A stretch of 32,471 bases of DNA from Myxococcota bacterium (GTDB lineage: Bacteria; Myxococcota_A; Bradymonadia; UBA7976; UBA1532). Where the stretch lies: the NCBI GenBank assembly GCA_036337435.1, contig JAYZEG010000029.1, positions 1-32,471 on the forward strand, written 5' to 3'. The position numbers and the translations under genes were made by a program. The notes below the pieces were generated by a model. The model ran no database searches, had not been told where the DNA came from, and saw only the letters and a program-made list of their open reading frames with translations. Shown piece by piece: positions 1 to 8,671 of this stretch (position 1 is its first letter; every line of letters starts with the position of its first letter).

Positions 1-153
1 CTTTCGGGCGGCGATGTCGCGGCCGGAACTGTCGTCACGGAGGCTCAGTTCCTCGAGCTGGAACAAGAAGAGTTTCTCTCTCTATGTGGCGAGCAGAAAA
101 CGATGGACCGTATTCAATTTATGTTGATGAACAACAAACCGCTGAGGAACTGA
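1..153 (+). CDS. fadN: 3' end of 3-hydroxyacyl-CoA dehydrogenase/enoyl-CoA hydratase (FadN-type), partial at 5' end
   Basis: Frame 1 reads [50 protein letters not shown], matching the typical FadN C-terminus (LSGG...E.E.FLSL.GE.KT..RI..ML..GKPLRN). It sits directly upstream of a thiolase. Not in the ORF track. Confidence 0.85.
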   Translation, partial: LSGGDVAAGTVVTEAQFLELEQEEFLSLCGEQKTMDRIQFMLMNNKPLRN

Positions 154-155
154 TC

Positions 156-1298
156 ATGGATGAAGTCGCTATTATTGACGGTGCTAGAACACCATTCGGA
201 CGTGCGTTAAAAGGCAGTTTTCGACAAACGCGACCCGAAGACATGGGGGCTGCTGCAATTAAAGCTACTCTCGCTAATGCTGACCTAGACGCCAATGACA
301 TCGAAGATCTCGCGATTGGCTGCGCAATGCCTGAGGGGTCCCAAGGACTCAACGTGGCACGGAGCATAGGCTTCCTTGCCGGATTACCGCATACGGTGCC
401 AGCGTACACGGTGAACCGATTCTGTGCATCAGGGCTTCAGACCGTCGCCAGTGTTGCATCTCGGATTGCAATCGGAGAAATGAAAGTCGCCATCGCGGGC
501 GGCGTCGAGAGTATGTCCGCTGTCCCCATGGGCGGCTTTCATCCGCAGCTCCACCCCAAACTCGCCCTGGACTATCCCGAAGCCTATATCGGCATGGGCA
601 ATACGGCTGAAAATGTGGCTAAGCAATTTGAGGTCTCCAGAGCTGAGCAGGATGCGTTTGCCGTTCGCAGTCAGGCCCGGGCGTTAGCCGCTCGAGATGC
701 AGGTCGGCTCGCGGAAGAGATAATACCATTTGAAACTGATCTAGATGGTCGGACGGTCACCCTCGAACATGATGAGCTGATTCGGCCTGGCACAACGGTC
801 GACGGATTGGCCAAGTTGCGACCCGCCTTCTCCGCGACCGGTTCGGTCACAGCCGGTAATTCGTCGCCACTGACCGATGGTGCCGCCGCTGTGGCCCTGT
901 GTGCGAAGAGCGAACTCGGAGGTCGAACGCCATTGGGGTACTTCCGCCGTTTCGTAACCGTGGGCGTCGCACCCGAAATTATGGGGATTGGGCCGGTTCC
1001 TGCAATTGAAAAGCTTCTCTCCGATACGGGGCTGTCCGTCGCTGAGATCGACTTGTTCGAGGTGAATGAAGCGTTTGCGAGCCAATCAGTTTATTGCCAG
1101 AAGACCCTCGGAATAGACGATGACAAACTCAACGTGAATGGCGGTGCGATTGCCATCGGGCATCCCCTTGGCGTCACTGGGACGCGCCTTGTTTTAACAG
1201 CACTCAAGGAACTGCAACGCAGGAACGGTCGCTATGCGGTTGTCAGTATGTGCATCGGTGGCGGTATGGGCGCGGCCGCGCTGCTTGAACGCAGCTAG
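156..1298 (+). CDS. fadA: Acetyl-CoA C-acyltransferase (thiolase)
   Basis: Motifs NRFCASG (catalytic Cys), NEAFA, GHPLG and MCIGGGMG. The start is placed at ATG 156 (MDEVAIIDGARTPFG), 2 nt after the fadN stop, not at 84. Confidence 0.95.
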   Translation: MDEVAIIDGARTPFGRALKGSFRQTRPEDMGAAAIKATLANADLDANDIEDLAIGCAMPEGSQGLNVARSIGFLAGLPHTVPAYTVNRFCASGLQTVASVASRIAIGEMKVAIAGGVESMSAVPMGGFHPQLHPKLALDYPEAYIGMGNTAENVAKQFEVSRAEQDAFAVRSQARALAARDAGRLAEEIIPFETDLDGRTVTLEHDELIRPGTTVDGLAKLRPAFSATGSVTAGNSSPLTDGAAAVALCAKSELGGRTPLGYFRRFVTVGVAPEIMGIGPVPAIEKLLSDTGLSVAEIDLFEVNEAFASQSVYCQKTLGIDDDKLNVNGGAIAIGHPLGVTGTRLVLTALKELQRRNGRYAVVSMCIGGGMGAAALLERS

Positions 1299-1313
1299 CC
1301 TGCGGCCGCCCGC

Positions 1314-2957
1314 TCAGTCTGCGGCTGGTAAGCGCACTGAGACGCGTCCGAATGCATCGGTCCGCTGACTTCCGATGCGCTTTGGAGCAAGGTCATCTGT
1401 TCGCCAGACCTCCAGCTGGGCTCCGACGAGGGGCTGGCCCCCGTCATCGAGTACTCTCACGGTCAAGTTCGCTGCCGAGGGTAATTGGATATCCGTGTTC
1501 GCCAGATCCAGGTCCAGCGGGGTCACGGTGAGTTCTCGAATGTACGTGGACAGACCAGATGCCGCAGGTGGTTCTGCTCTCATCTCATGCGCTCCCGGAT
1601 CGAGCTGCAAAACGTAGCGGCCTTGTGCGTCGGTCTGTGTTCGCTGTCCTCGGCTCGGTGCCACATCGCTAGGTCGCGCTAACCTCGGGTCGGCATACGC
1701 AGCCTGCAGCAAGAGAGACGAGACTGTCGCTCCGACAATAGGATCTCCGCTTGGGCCCAAAATTTGACCGCGGACTGTTGCTTTGGTTTGCGGCCGAAAT
1801 TCCAAGAACGACTCAGAGGCGACTTGGCTCTGAAGTCGAGTAATGCGGTAGCCAGACCCGAGTGGCGGTATCAGATCAACGACATAGTCACCCGGATAAA
1901 GCAGCGCACGAAATTGACCGTCTGCGTCCGTCTGTACAACGTCATATCGATACGTACCTTGGCCAACATCAGAGACGAATCGAATCGACACGCCCGATAC
2001 CGGAGTTGCACCCAGTACACGACCATTGATCCACTCCACGGCGTCATCGACCCCAATATAGATCGGCTCAAAAGTCATCGAGTCATCGCTCGTTATGTTA
2101 TCGGGGACCGTGAAGGGCTTCTCGAGGGTGGGTAATGGGCCTGATGCCGTTGTCGCAAGGATACGTAGAATCGCGTCCTGTCCTGCCACGCTTGGCCAAT
2201 AGCGAAGTGTGAATCGGCCCAGTGCATCTGTTCGCGTTTCAGTACTGATCCTTTGCCCGTTTAAGTTGACGGCATACACTCTGAGTTCCCGAATCGGGAT
2301 GGGATTGATTTCGCTTTGATACACGATTCCGGTCGTGACGAGCATTTCATTCTGTGCAGGGACCTCCAAATTGATACGACCACCATCGGTGGGAACCTGG
2401 AATGGGACGACAACCCATGGGGGAAACCTCGAGCGCTCTGTTGGCCTCAAATGAAGGGCGTAAACTGTCGTCTGCAGGGTTCCATTTTCTCCGGGCCAGA
2501 CAGCGGGCAGGCGCATGGCAAACCGAGCACCGTTCACATCGTCACTGGTCTCGCCTTCATAGGTGAGCGATGGACTGATATTAGATTGCGCTCTGGCCGT
2601 TACTTTAACAGAGATACGGCTTCCATTTGGCAGCGAGACTGAACCCGTAATTTCTGATGGCGATGGTAATTTGATATCGGCCAGGTTCAGAAATGGACTT
2701 TCATTGAAAGTAGGAAAAGGGAGCTCGCCCGCCCCGCTGATTGAATCGGACGCTGGCTTAATCCTGATGGTAAAGGGCCAGTTAGGAATCGTGCCGTCGG
2801 TACACGTTTGGTTGATACAATTTAAGCCGATGCCGCAGACGGTATCGGCTTTACATCCCATCAGAGCGATCGATTGTCCCCCTGAGTCATCTGAACTACA
2901 GCCCAATACGAGACAGACCATCAGACAATGAAGTGTGTTGCGACAAGAACACATCAT
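1314..2957 (-). CDS. Lipoprotein with repeated carboxypeptidase-regulatory-like (transthyretin-like beta-sandwich) domains
   Basis: Lipobox LVLG-C, then a short Cys-rich segment, then repeated G.P..GA.V...TDA.G.F/Y motifs. ATG 2957 overlaps the upstream stop (ATGA). Confidence 0.75.
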   Translation of the reverse strand: MMCSCRNTLHCLMVCLVLGCSSDDSGGQSIALMGCKADTVCGIGLNCINQTCTDGTIPNWPFTIRIKPASDSISGAGELPFPTFNESPFLNLADIKLPSPSEITGSVSLPNGSRISVKVTARAQSNISPSLTYEGETSDDVNGARFAMRLPAVWPGENGTLQTTVYALHLRPTERSRFPPWVVVPFQVPTDGGRINLEVPAQNEMLVTTGIVYQSEINPIPIRELRVYAVNLNGQRISTETRTDALGRFTLRYWPSVAGQDAILRILATTASGPLPTLEKPFTVPDNITSDDSMTFEPIYIGVDDAVEWINGRVLGATPVSGVSIRFVSDVGQGTYRYDVVQTDADGQFRALLYPGDYVVDLIPPLGSGYRITRLQSQVASESFLEFRPQTKATVRGQILGPSGDPIVGATVSSLLLQAAYADPRLARPSDVAPSRGQRTQTDAQGRYVLQLDPGAHEMRAEPPAASGLSTYIRELTVTPLDLDLANTDIQLPSAANLTVRVLDDGGQPLVGAQLEVWRTDDLAPKRIGSQRTDAFGRVSVRLPAAD

Positions 2958-3511
2958 TCGCAGGCTGCTCGATCGAAGCGGATGAACCATACCAGCGAAA
3001 AATACTGAGCGTTTTCTGGCAGCGTTTTATTGGGTTTCGGGTCGTTGGCTTGTGATGTGATGAAAGGTCGGTCTGCGACCAACAGTTCGACTCGATGAAC
3101 CTGGTCTTCAGCGAGTAAGCGTGTTGTCCCGGTCGCGCATGGCCTCAAGTTTTTTCGTATGCCGCCCGTCAGTTGCTCGGGCGCGGCACCATTTGCTTCA
3201 CTGAATTCGATAGGAAAATCAGAGGTAATTGGACGGTAGTCAAGAAACCAACGCCAAAAGATTCGATCGTTTGGATTTGGGTCTCCAATTGGACCCGAGT
3301 TGAGTTCGATTCCCGTTTCATCCTCCGGGTAGAAATCAATGATCTGGTCGACCGGCGGCTGCGTGTAGTCAGCCAAATAATAAGGGGGAAGGTTCACTTG
3401 TTCGCCGATGGATTCAATGGGCATCGGGACCACACAACTCATGCACGCACCCAAGGCAATGACTGCACTCATTCGTATTGTTGTCTGTCTCTGGACCACC
3501 GTTTCCCTCAC
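2954..3511 (-). CDS. Hypothetical lipoprotein
   Basis: Hydrophobic N-terminus with Cys (VIALGACMSC). Coupled to the downstream gene by an ATGA overlap. The exact start is uncertain. Confidence 0.7.
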   Translation of the reverse strand: MRETVVQRQTTIRMSAVIALGACMSCVVPMPIESIGEQVNLPPYYLADYTQPPVDQIIDFYPEDETGIELNSGPIGDPNPNDRIFWRWFLDYRPITSDFPIEFSEANGAAPEQLTGGIRKNLRPCATGTTRLLAEDQVHRVELLVADRPFITSQANDPKPNKTLPENAQYFSLVWFIRFDRAACE

Positions 3512-3596
3512 CCTCGCAGGGGGCTTGATTCACGCTCTACACAAAACAGGTACGGTTTTGCGAGTTATGAATGTCGTGCGGCTTAGCCTACATCGT

Positions 3597-4082
3597 TCAG
3601 GTTTGATTTACGAATCTATCCTTGAGTCTCCGATAGACAGCCTGAGGTACAAAGCGTTCGACATCGCCTCCATTGAGTGCAACTTCGCGAACGAGGCTAG
3701 ACGACACGAAGAAATGTTCTTCGCTGGTCATCAAAAAGAAAAAATCGACCTGATCGGTCAAACGCCGATTCATACTGGCCATTTGGAATTCATATTCGAA
3801 GTCACTGACAGCCCTCAAGCCGCGGATCACCGTGCGGATGCCTCGCTGGCGAGCATAGTCTACGAGCAGACCTGAAAAGCTGCTTACGCTGATGCGGTCA
3901 TCACCTGCAAATGTCTCCTCGATCATCGCAATCCGGACGTCATCGGAAAAAGTAGGCCGCTTATTGATGTTCACTGCGACCCCGATTTCAACGTGATCGA
4001 AGATTTCAAGCGCGCGATGAATGATATCGACGTGGCCGGTCGTAATTGGGTCAAATGAACCAGGGTATAATGCGATACGCAT
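3597..4082 (-). CDS. coaD: Pantetheine-phosphate adenylyltransferase
   Basis: YPGSFDPITTGH (HxGH-type), RGLRAVSDFEYE and SSSLVRE motifs. Confidence 0.98.
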   Translation of the reverse strand: MRIALYPGSFDPITTGHVDIIHRALEIFDHVEIGVAVNINKRPTFSDDVRIAMIEETFAGDDRISVSSFSGLLVDYARQRGIRTVIRGLRAVSDFEYEFQMASMNRRLTDQVDFFFLMTSEEHFFVSSSLVREVALNGGDVERFVPQAVYRRLKDRFVNQT

Positions 4083-4091
4083 AGTGAAGCC

Positions 4092-4640
4092 TCATTTCCG
4101 TGTGACCAATGTAACTTTGATCGAGCCATACCCTCGCTCAAAACAATCTGCAAGTCCATCTGGCAGCTCGAGGGCCAGTTCCGATGGACTCTCAATATAA
4201 ACCAAGCCGTTTTCAGATAGGCATCGTGTCGTTAGAACTTGTCCAAGAATCGAAGTGTAATGACCCTCATGAAAGGGCGGGTCGAGAAAAATTAAGTCAT
4301 AGGTTTTCGTCGACCTGTTTAAGAAGCGTTTGGCGTCAGTGGTTGAGATTAAAAATGTGCCGCCAACCTTCTCGGCATTGCGTTTGATCAGCCGGGCATT
4401 ATCGCGGGATTTTTCTACAAAATCGACGCTGTGTGCGCCTCGACTCAAGGCTTCGATACCAAGTGCGCCCGACCCTGCAAAAAGGTCCAGGATAAGTGCG
4501 TCATGGATTCGCCCAGGGAATCGATGAGCCAGGACATTAAAGATCGCTTCTCGGACGCGATCAGGTGTTGGACGCACCTGCTGACCTTTAGGAATATCCA
4601 ACTTGATGCCGCGAGCACGACCTCCGACAACCCTTACCAT
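4092..4640 (-). CDS. rsmD: 16S rRNA m2G966 methyltransferase
   Basis: RVVGG, RPTPDRVREAIFN, LDLFAGSGALGIEALSRGA and DPPF motifs. Classic rsmD-coaD gene order. Confidence 0.96.
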   Translation of the reverse strand: MVRVVGGRARGIKLDIPKGQQVRPTPDRVREAIFNVLAHRFPGRIHDALILDLFAGSGALGIEALSRGAHSVDFVEKSRDNARLIKRNAEKVGGTFLISTTDAKRFLNRSTKTYDLIFLDPPFHEGHYTSILGQVLTTRCLSENGLVYIESPSELALELPDGLADCFERGYGSIKVTLVTRK

Positions 4641-6766
4641 CGGTCCATCTCCGATGATTGAACCCGCCGATGTTCACCGGTCAATGCATCCACATCTTCC
4701 TCCAGTGTTAGCCGAAATGACATGGTTGTACCGAATCCAACAAGCGAACTAACGCTGATTTCCGTTCCATGGTGTTGAAGCAACCTTTGGCAAATTGGAA
4801 GACCGAGCCCGGTGCCCTTAGTTTTGGTTGTGAAGAAGGGGATGAACAGACTTTCCATAATTGTACTTGGCATGCCTGGTCCGGTGTCTTTTACACTGAT
4901 TTCAACCTTCTTTCTCGTCTGGCCGGGACGTCCTGGTATGTCTTCGACGACCACTTGCGCTCCGAGCGTCAGTGACCCGCCCTCGGTGTCCATGGCTTGG
5001 CAGGCATTGCGGGCGAGATTTAAACAGACTTGGTGCAATTGATCTGGGTCTCCGACGACCAATGGCAACTCAGTTGATGCATCAACAGTGACGTTGATTT
5101 CCTGTTCGCGCTCTTCGGCTTTCACCAGCGTGGCAACGCGCTCCAAGAGCTCATGGGGATAGAGAGGAATCAGTTCTCCTCTGAACGGCCTCGCAAAATT
5201 GAGGAATTGTGACAACACACTGTCCAAGCGGTTGGCCTCATCGACGATGACTTTTCGAAGGCTCTCTGCATCTGGATCATCGACTGTCGGCTGAAACAGT
5301 TGTGCGGCGGATTTGATGCCCGCAAGTGGATTCCGGATCTCATGGGCCATCCCGGTGGCCATTTCACCCAGTGCCGAAAGACGATCGCGCTCTTTGATCT
5401 GGCGCACCAACTCCGAATTTTCGATGGCCGTTGAAATTTGGGCCGACAGACCGGCGAAAAGAGCAATTTCATAAGAGGAAAATGCTTCAGCATTGCGGTC
5501 ATCTTGCAGATTGAGGAAGCCAAGGAGTCGTTTTCCCGAAACGAAAGCAAAAGACAACTGAGCTGATAATTCCTGCATATTCGTTTGTATATCCGAGAGG
5601 CGCTTTCTTTGCGGGGAATCGTGGGTTTCTCCTCCGAGATCAAGCAACTCACCGTCAACTTGTTCCAGGATGAGGACTTGTTCTTGGGATAAGGCATCTA
5701 GGAAAGCTCGATCGCGGACCACGTCAACGACGTGACGCTCAAGTTCGCCAATGTGAGCACTTCTGATGGCCAGGCGATATGCGTGACCGCCACTTTCTAA
5801 AATGAACACCGATGCATGTGTGACGTGCCGTGACGCTCTCAGTGAAGCCATGACCAGGGAAATGACATCGTCTAGATTGATGGCTTTCGTCAGGTCTTTA
5901 TTGAGGGTTTGAAGAGCCATCTCAAGATCATGGCGCGCCCTAAAGAATAGACGGCCTGACCATCGGTCAACGGCGAGCTTCAAGGGCTCGAAAATGAAAA
6001 AGAGCAACATGCTGGCCGCGACGGTATTAAAGAAAAACAAGCCCAACTGGGTGGAGTCATCGACCCAGATTAACAGACCGACATAGATAAGCGATATGAG
6101 TGTTGACAGGATTACTAAGGCGATGCCGCGACTCAAAATTTCCTGTAAGTCGAGAAGTCGAGAACGCAACACGACTTGCATCCAAAAATACATGTAGACC
6201 GTCAGCCAGATGTGTCCAATGGCAGGCGAGGGCAAATTAAAGGCCGGCATGAGATCAGTGGTGCTGAGAATGACGGATACAGCACCACCGATGACGAGGT
6301 ATGAAAGTCGTGTTTTCTCAACTTCGTTCTGGCTCTCGCGATATCGACCATAAAGTTGCCAAATGCACCATGCGTAGGTTCCTAGACTGAGGGTCGCCAC
6401 GAGGCTCGGTACGAGGGGCTCATGAACGAGGTCCGATGGCAGGGTTAAAACCAGTATGCCAGACGTCGCCCAGATGATGGTGCGCTCTGTCCCCATACTT
6501 TTTGACAGAAAGCGTTCAAAGAAACTCAGACACGTTTGTGCAACGACTATCCCCGAGAGCAGAAGAACTCGGAGCCAAAAACCACTGGATGAAATCGAGT
6601 ATGCGAACCAACACAGGTTAAAGAGTGCAAATCCACCGACCAGGGCTCCGAAGGCGACGCGATGTTCGACTCGGCGTCGTTCAAATAGGACATTTACGCT
6701 TAGACCAATTAAGATGAGAGCGGCGATCAATGCGCTTTGAGTTTGTACGCCCACGGTTAACACCAT
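4634..6766 (-). CDS. Membrane sensor histidine kinase (multi-TM N-terminus, GAF, HisKA, HATPase_c)
   Basis: About 8-9 hydrophobic segments, a GAF-like region (LLGFLNL...FSSYEI..LSAQISTAIEN), H-box MAHEIRNPL, N-box NLARNACQAM, and G-boxes DTGPG, FFTTK and GTGLGL. Confidence 0.93.
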   Translation of the reverse strand: MVLTVGVQTQSALIAALILIGLSVNVLFERRRVEHRVAFGALVGGFALFNLCWFAYSISSSGFWLRVLLLSGIVVAQTCLSFFERFLSKSMGTERTIIWATSGILVLTLPSDLVHEPLVPSLVATLSLGTYAWCIWQLYGRYRESQNEVEKTRLSYLVIGGAVSVILSTTDLMPAFNLPSPAIGHIWLTVYMYFWMQVVLRSRLLDLQEILSRGIALVILSTLISLIYVGLLIWVDDSTQLGLFFFNTVAASMLLFFIFEPLKLAVDRWSGRLFFRARHDLEMALQTLNKDLTKAINLDDVISLVMASLRASRHVTHASVFILESGGHAYRLAIRSAHIGELERHVVDVVRDRAFLDALSQEQVLILEQVDGELLDLGGETHDSPQRKRLSDIQTNMQELSAQLSFAFVSGKRLLGFLNLQDDRNAEAFSSYEIALFAGLSAQISTAIENSELVRQIKERDRLSALGEMATGMAHEIRNPLAGIKSAAQLFQPTVDDPDAESLRKVIVDEANRLDSVLSQFLNFARPFRGELIPLYPHELLERVATLVKAEEREQEINVTVDASTELPLVVGDPDQLHQVCLNLARNACQAMDTEGGSLTLGAQVVVEDIPGRPGQTRKKVEISVKDTGPGMPSTIMESLFIPFFTTKTKGTGLGLPICQRLLQHHGTEISVSSLVGFGTTMSFRLTLEEDVDALTGEHRRVQSSEMDRW

Positions 6767-6872
6767 TTCCGTTCGCAGTTACGGACCGAGCATGCGATCT
6801 GCGGAAATAAGACGCAATGGCTATGATCGTGTAGACTGTTTCCGTAAGGACCAAAAATAAGATACGAATTCA

Positions 6873-7883
6873 ATGAGTAACGAGCCTGACGACGATGACC
6901 TAGACCTCAATTTTGATGACGTCATCGAAAAAAGCCAAGAGCGAGAGATCGCAGCGATTGTCGAAAAAGTCGCAGTCAGTCGGCTGCGTGGGCAACGTAC
7001 GGCCATCACAATTGGCGGTGGGAGCGGCGGTATCGGGCGGAGCACCTTTGCTGCGAATTTGGGTCTTTATTTGGCCCGGACCGGGCGGTCAGTGACCTTG
7101 GTTGACCTTGATCCAGCCGGTCCGGCTTTGCATGGCTACTTGGGCCTTTCTCTCAAAGTACCGACACCAATCGAGCAATGCAGCGGCATCGACGTTCGAT
7201 GGGAGCGTATTGAGGGAACAACCTTGCACCTATGTGGTCCCAGCGCGCATTTTATTGGATACGACTCGAGAGATATCCGTATGCGCATCTTGCAAGAGGC
7301 CTCCACCGGTCCGTCCGATTACCTCGTCATCGATTTAGGTCGAGCATACGACGGCATTTCTCTCGATGTTTTTCTCGACTCCGATGTCGCGATTACCATG
7401 AGCATTCCCCAGCCGATGGCCATGGAGCAGGCGTACGGTTTTTTGCGCGCAGCTATGTTTCGTCAACTGGTTCATGGAACGTCTCCAGCGTCGGCCCGCT
7501 TACGGTCGGCATTGTCGAGTGCAAAAGGGGAAGCGATGCCAACGTTTCGAACGCTTACAGAGTTGGTGCGTAAGGCATTCCCAAATGATTGGGAATCACT
7601 GAGTGAAGCCATCGGTGATTTTGTCCCAGGCATCATCTTGAATCGGTGCGACACCCGTGCCGACCGCGAGATGTTGCGTGGGATGATCGAGGGTATGAAT
7701 CGCCGTTGGGCGATCGATGCGGTTGCCCTTGGAACCATCGATGAAGACGATGTCGCAAGACAGTCTTCAAAATGGAGGCGTCCGCTGGTCTCAACCTATC
7801 CTGGCGCTGCCGTTACGGCTGGAATTGAGCAAGTTGGAATGGCCATTATGACGATGTATCGCCTCGAGCGAGGTGTGACATGA
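6873..7883 (+). CDS. MinD/FlhG/ParA-family P-loop protein with degenerate Walker A
   Basis: GGGSGGIGRST-FAANLG, VDLD, YLVIDLG, ILNR and LGTIDEDD follow the MinD/FlhG layout. Acidic N-terminal extension. Confidence 0.85.
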   Translation: MSNEPDDDDLDLNFDDVIEKSQEREIAAIVEKVAVSRLRGQRTAITIGGGSGGIGRSTFAANLGLYLARTGRSVTLVDLDPAGPALHGYLGLSLKVPTPIEQCSGIDVRWERIEGTTLHLCGPSAHFIGYDSRDIRMRILQEASTGPSDYLVIDLGRAYDGISLDVFLDSDVAITMSIPQPMAMEQAYGFLRAAMFRQLVHGTSPASARLRSALSSAKGEAMPTFRTLTELVRKAFPNDWESLSEAIGDFVPGIILNRCDTRADREMLRGMIEGMNRRWAIDAVALGTIDEDDVARQSSKWRRPLVSTYPGAAVTAGIEQVGMAIMTMYRLERGVT

Positions 7884-8491
7884 ATAATCGTCGGAACTGT
7901 TATGAGATTTTGGGCCTTGAGAGAGGGTCTGGCATCGATAGTATCAGGCGGGCCTATCGCCGATTGAGTACGCTCTTTGAGCCAGGCAATGTCACTTTGT
8001 GCGGGCTTTATGATGAGGCTGAACTGAGAGCCTTGCTGGGCGAGGTGAGACACGCCTACCGTGTTTTGATGGACCCAGCCGCCCGTCGAGAACACGATTC
8101 CTACCTTTTTCCACCCGGGATGACAGTCGATATGTCTGTGGATTATCCAGTCGATGATTTCCCCTTGACCGATGCTGCAGATGACTTCAATGCCAGCACG
8201 GCTACCCTCGGCTTTGACAGCGAACCTGCATCACCCGGCCGGATTTTGAAACAAGCGCGAATTAAAATGGGGATGAGTTTAGAAGAGATCGAAGAACGCA
8301 CAAAAATCGCCATCTTCACCCTGCGTTGTATTGAAGATGAGGCCTATTCGGACTTGCCCCCGATGGTCTATTTAAAAGGTTTTTTACAACAGGTTGGGCG
8401 ACTACTGCGTTTGGAGTCACCGGCGGTCCTGGACGAGTATGTCGAGCGCTATTCCGCCTTCTGTAAGCAACGTGAGGATGGCTTTGCATAA
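7880..8491 (+). CDS. DnaJ-like domain plus RodZ-type (HTH_25/XRE) helix-turn-helix protein
   Basis: N-terminal YEILGL...IRRAYRRL...AYRVLMDP..R..HD. C-terminal GRILKQARIKMGMSLEEI...TKI...L..IE....LP..VYLKGFL. ATGA overlap with the MinD-like gene. Confidence 0.85.
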   Translation: MNNRRNCYEILGLERGSGIDSIRRAYRRLSTLFEPGNVTLCGLYDEAELRALLGEVRHAYRVLMDPAARREHDSYLFPPGMTVDMSVDYPVDDFPLTDAADDFNASTATLGFDSEPASPGRILKQARIKMGMSLEEIEERTKIAIFTLRCIEDEAYSDLPPMVYLKGFLQQVGRLLRLESPAVLDEYVERYSAFCKQREDGFA

Positions 8492-8671
8492 ATCGCTGTT
8501 GGCAAGCCATCTATTGGAAGCCCTGCTTAATCGCCCACGTTCCTTGAATTTACACTGAGCTGTGGGCCGAACACGGGGTCTCGCGCCGTGTCATATTGAT
8601 TGTTACTCGATTCGCTGCCTTTTGTGATTTGGCGCTCGACAATCCCTCCCGATAGGCCTATTGAATTTTGT

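Noticed and set aside
84..155. N-terminal extension of the thiolase ORF
   Set aside because: It overlaps the fadN 3' end in another frame, and thiolase homology begins at ATG 156. The extended starts given for ptrB (8600), msrA (13100) and the Ca-binding protein (19046) were trimmed because better-supported downstream starts exist.
3173..3875. Plus-strand ORFs of 137 and 155 aa
   Set aside because: Antisense to coaD and the lipoprotein gene, with no recognisable features.
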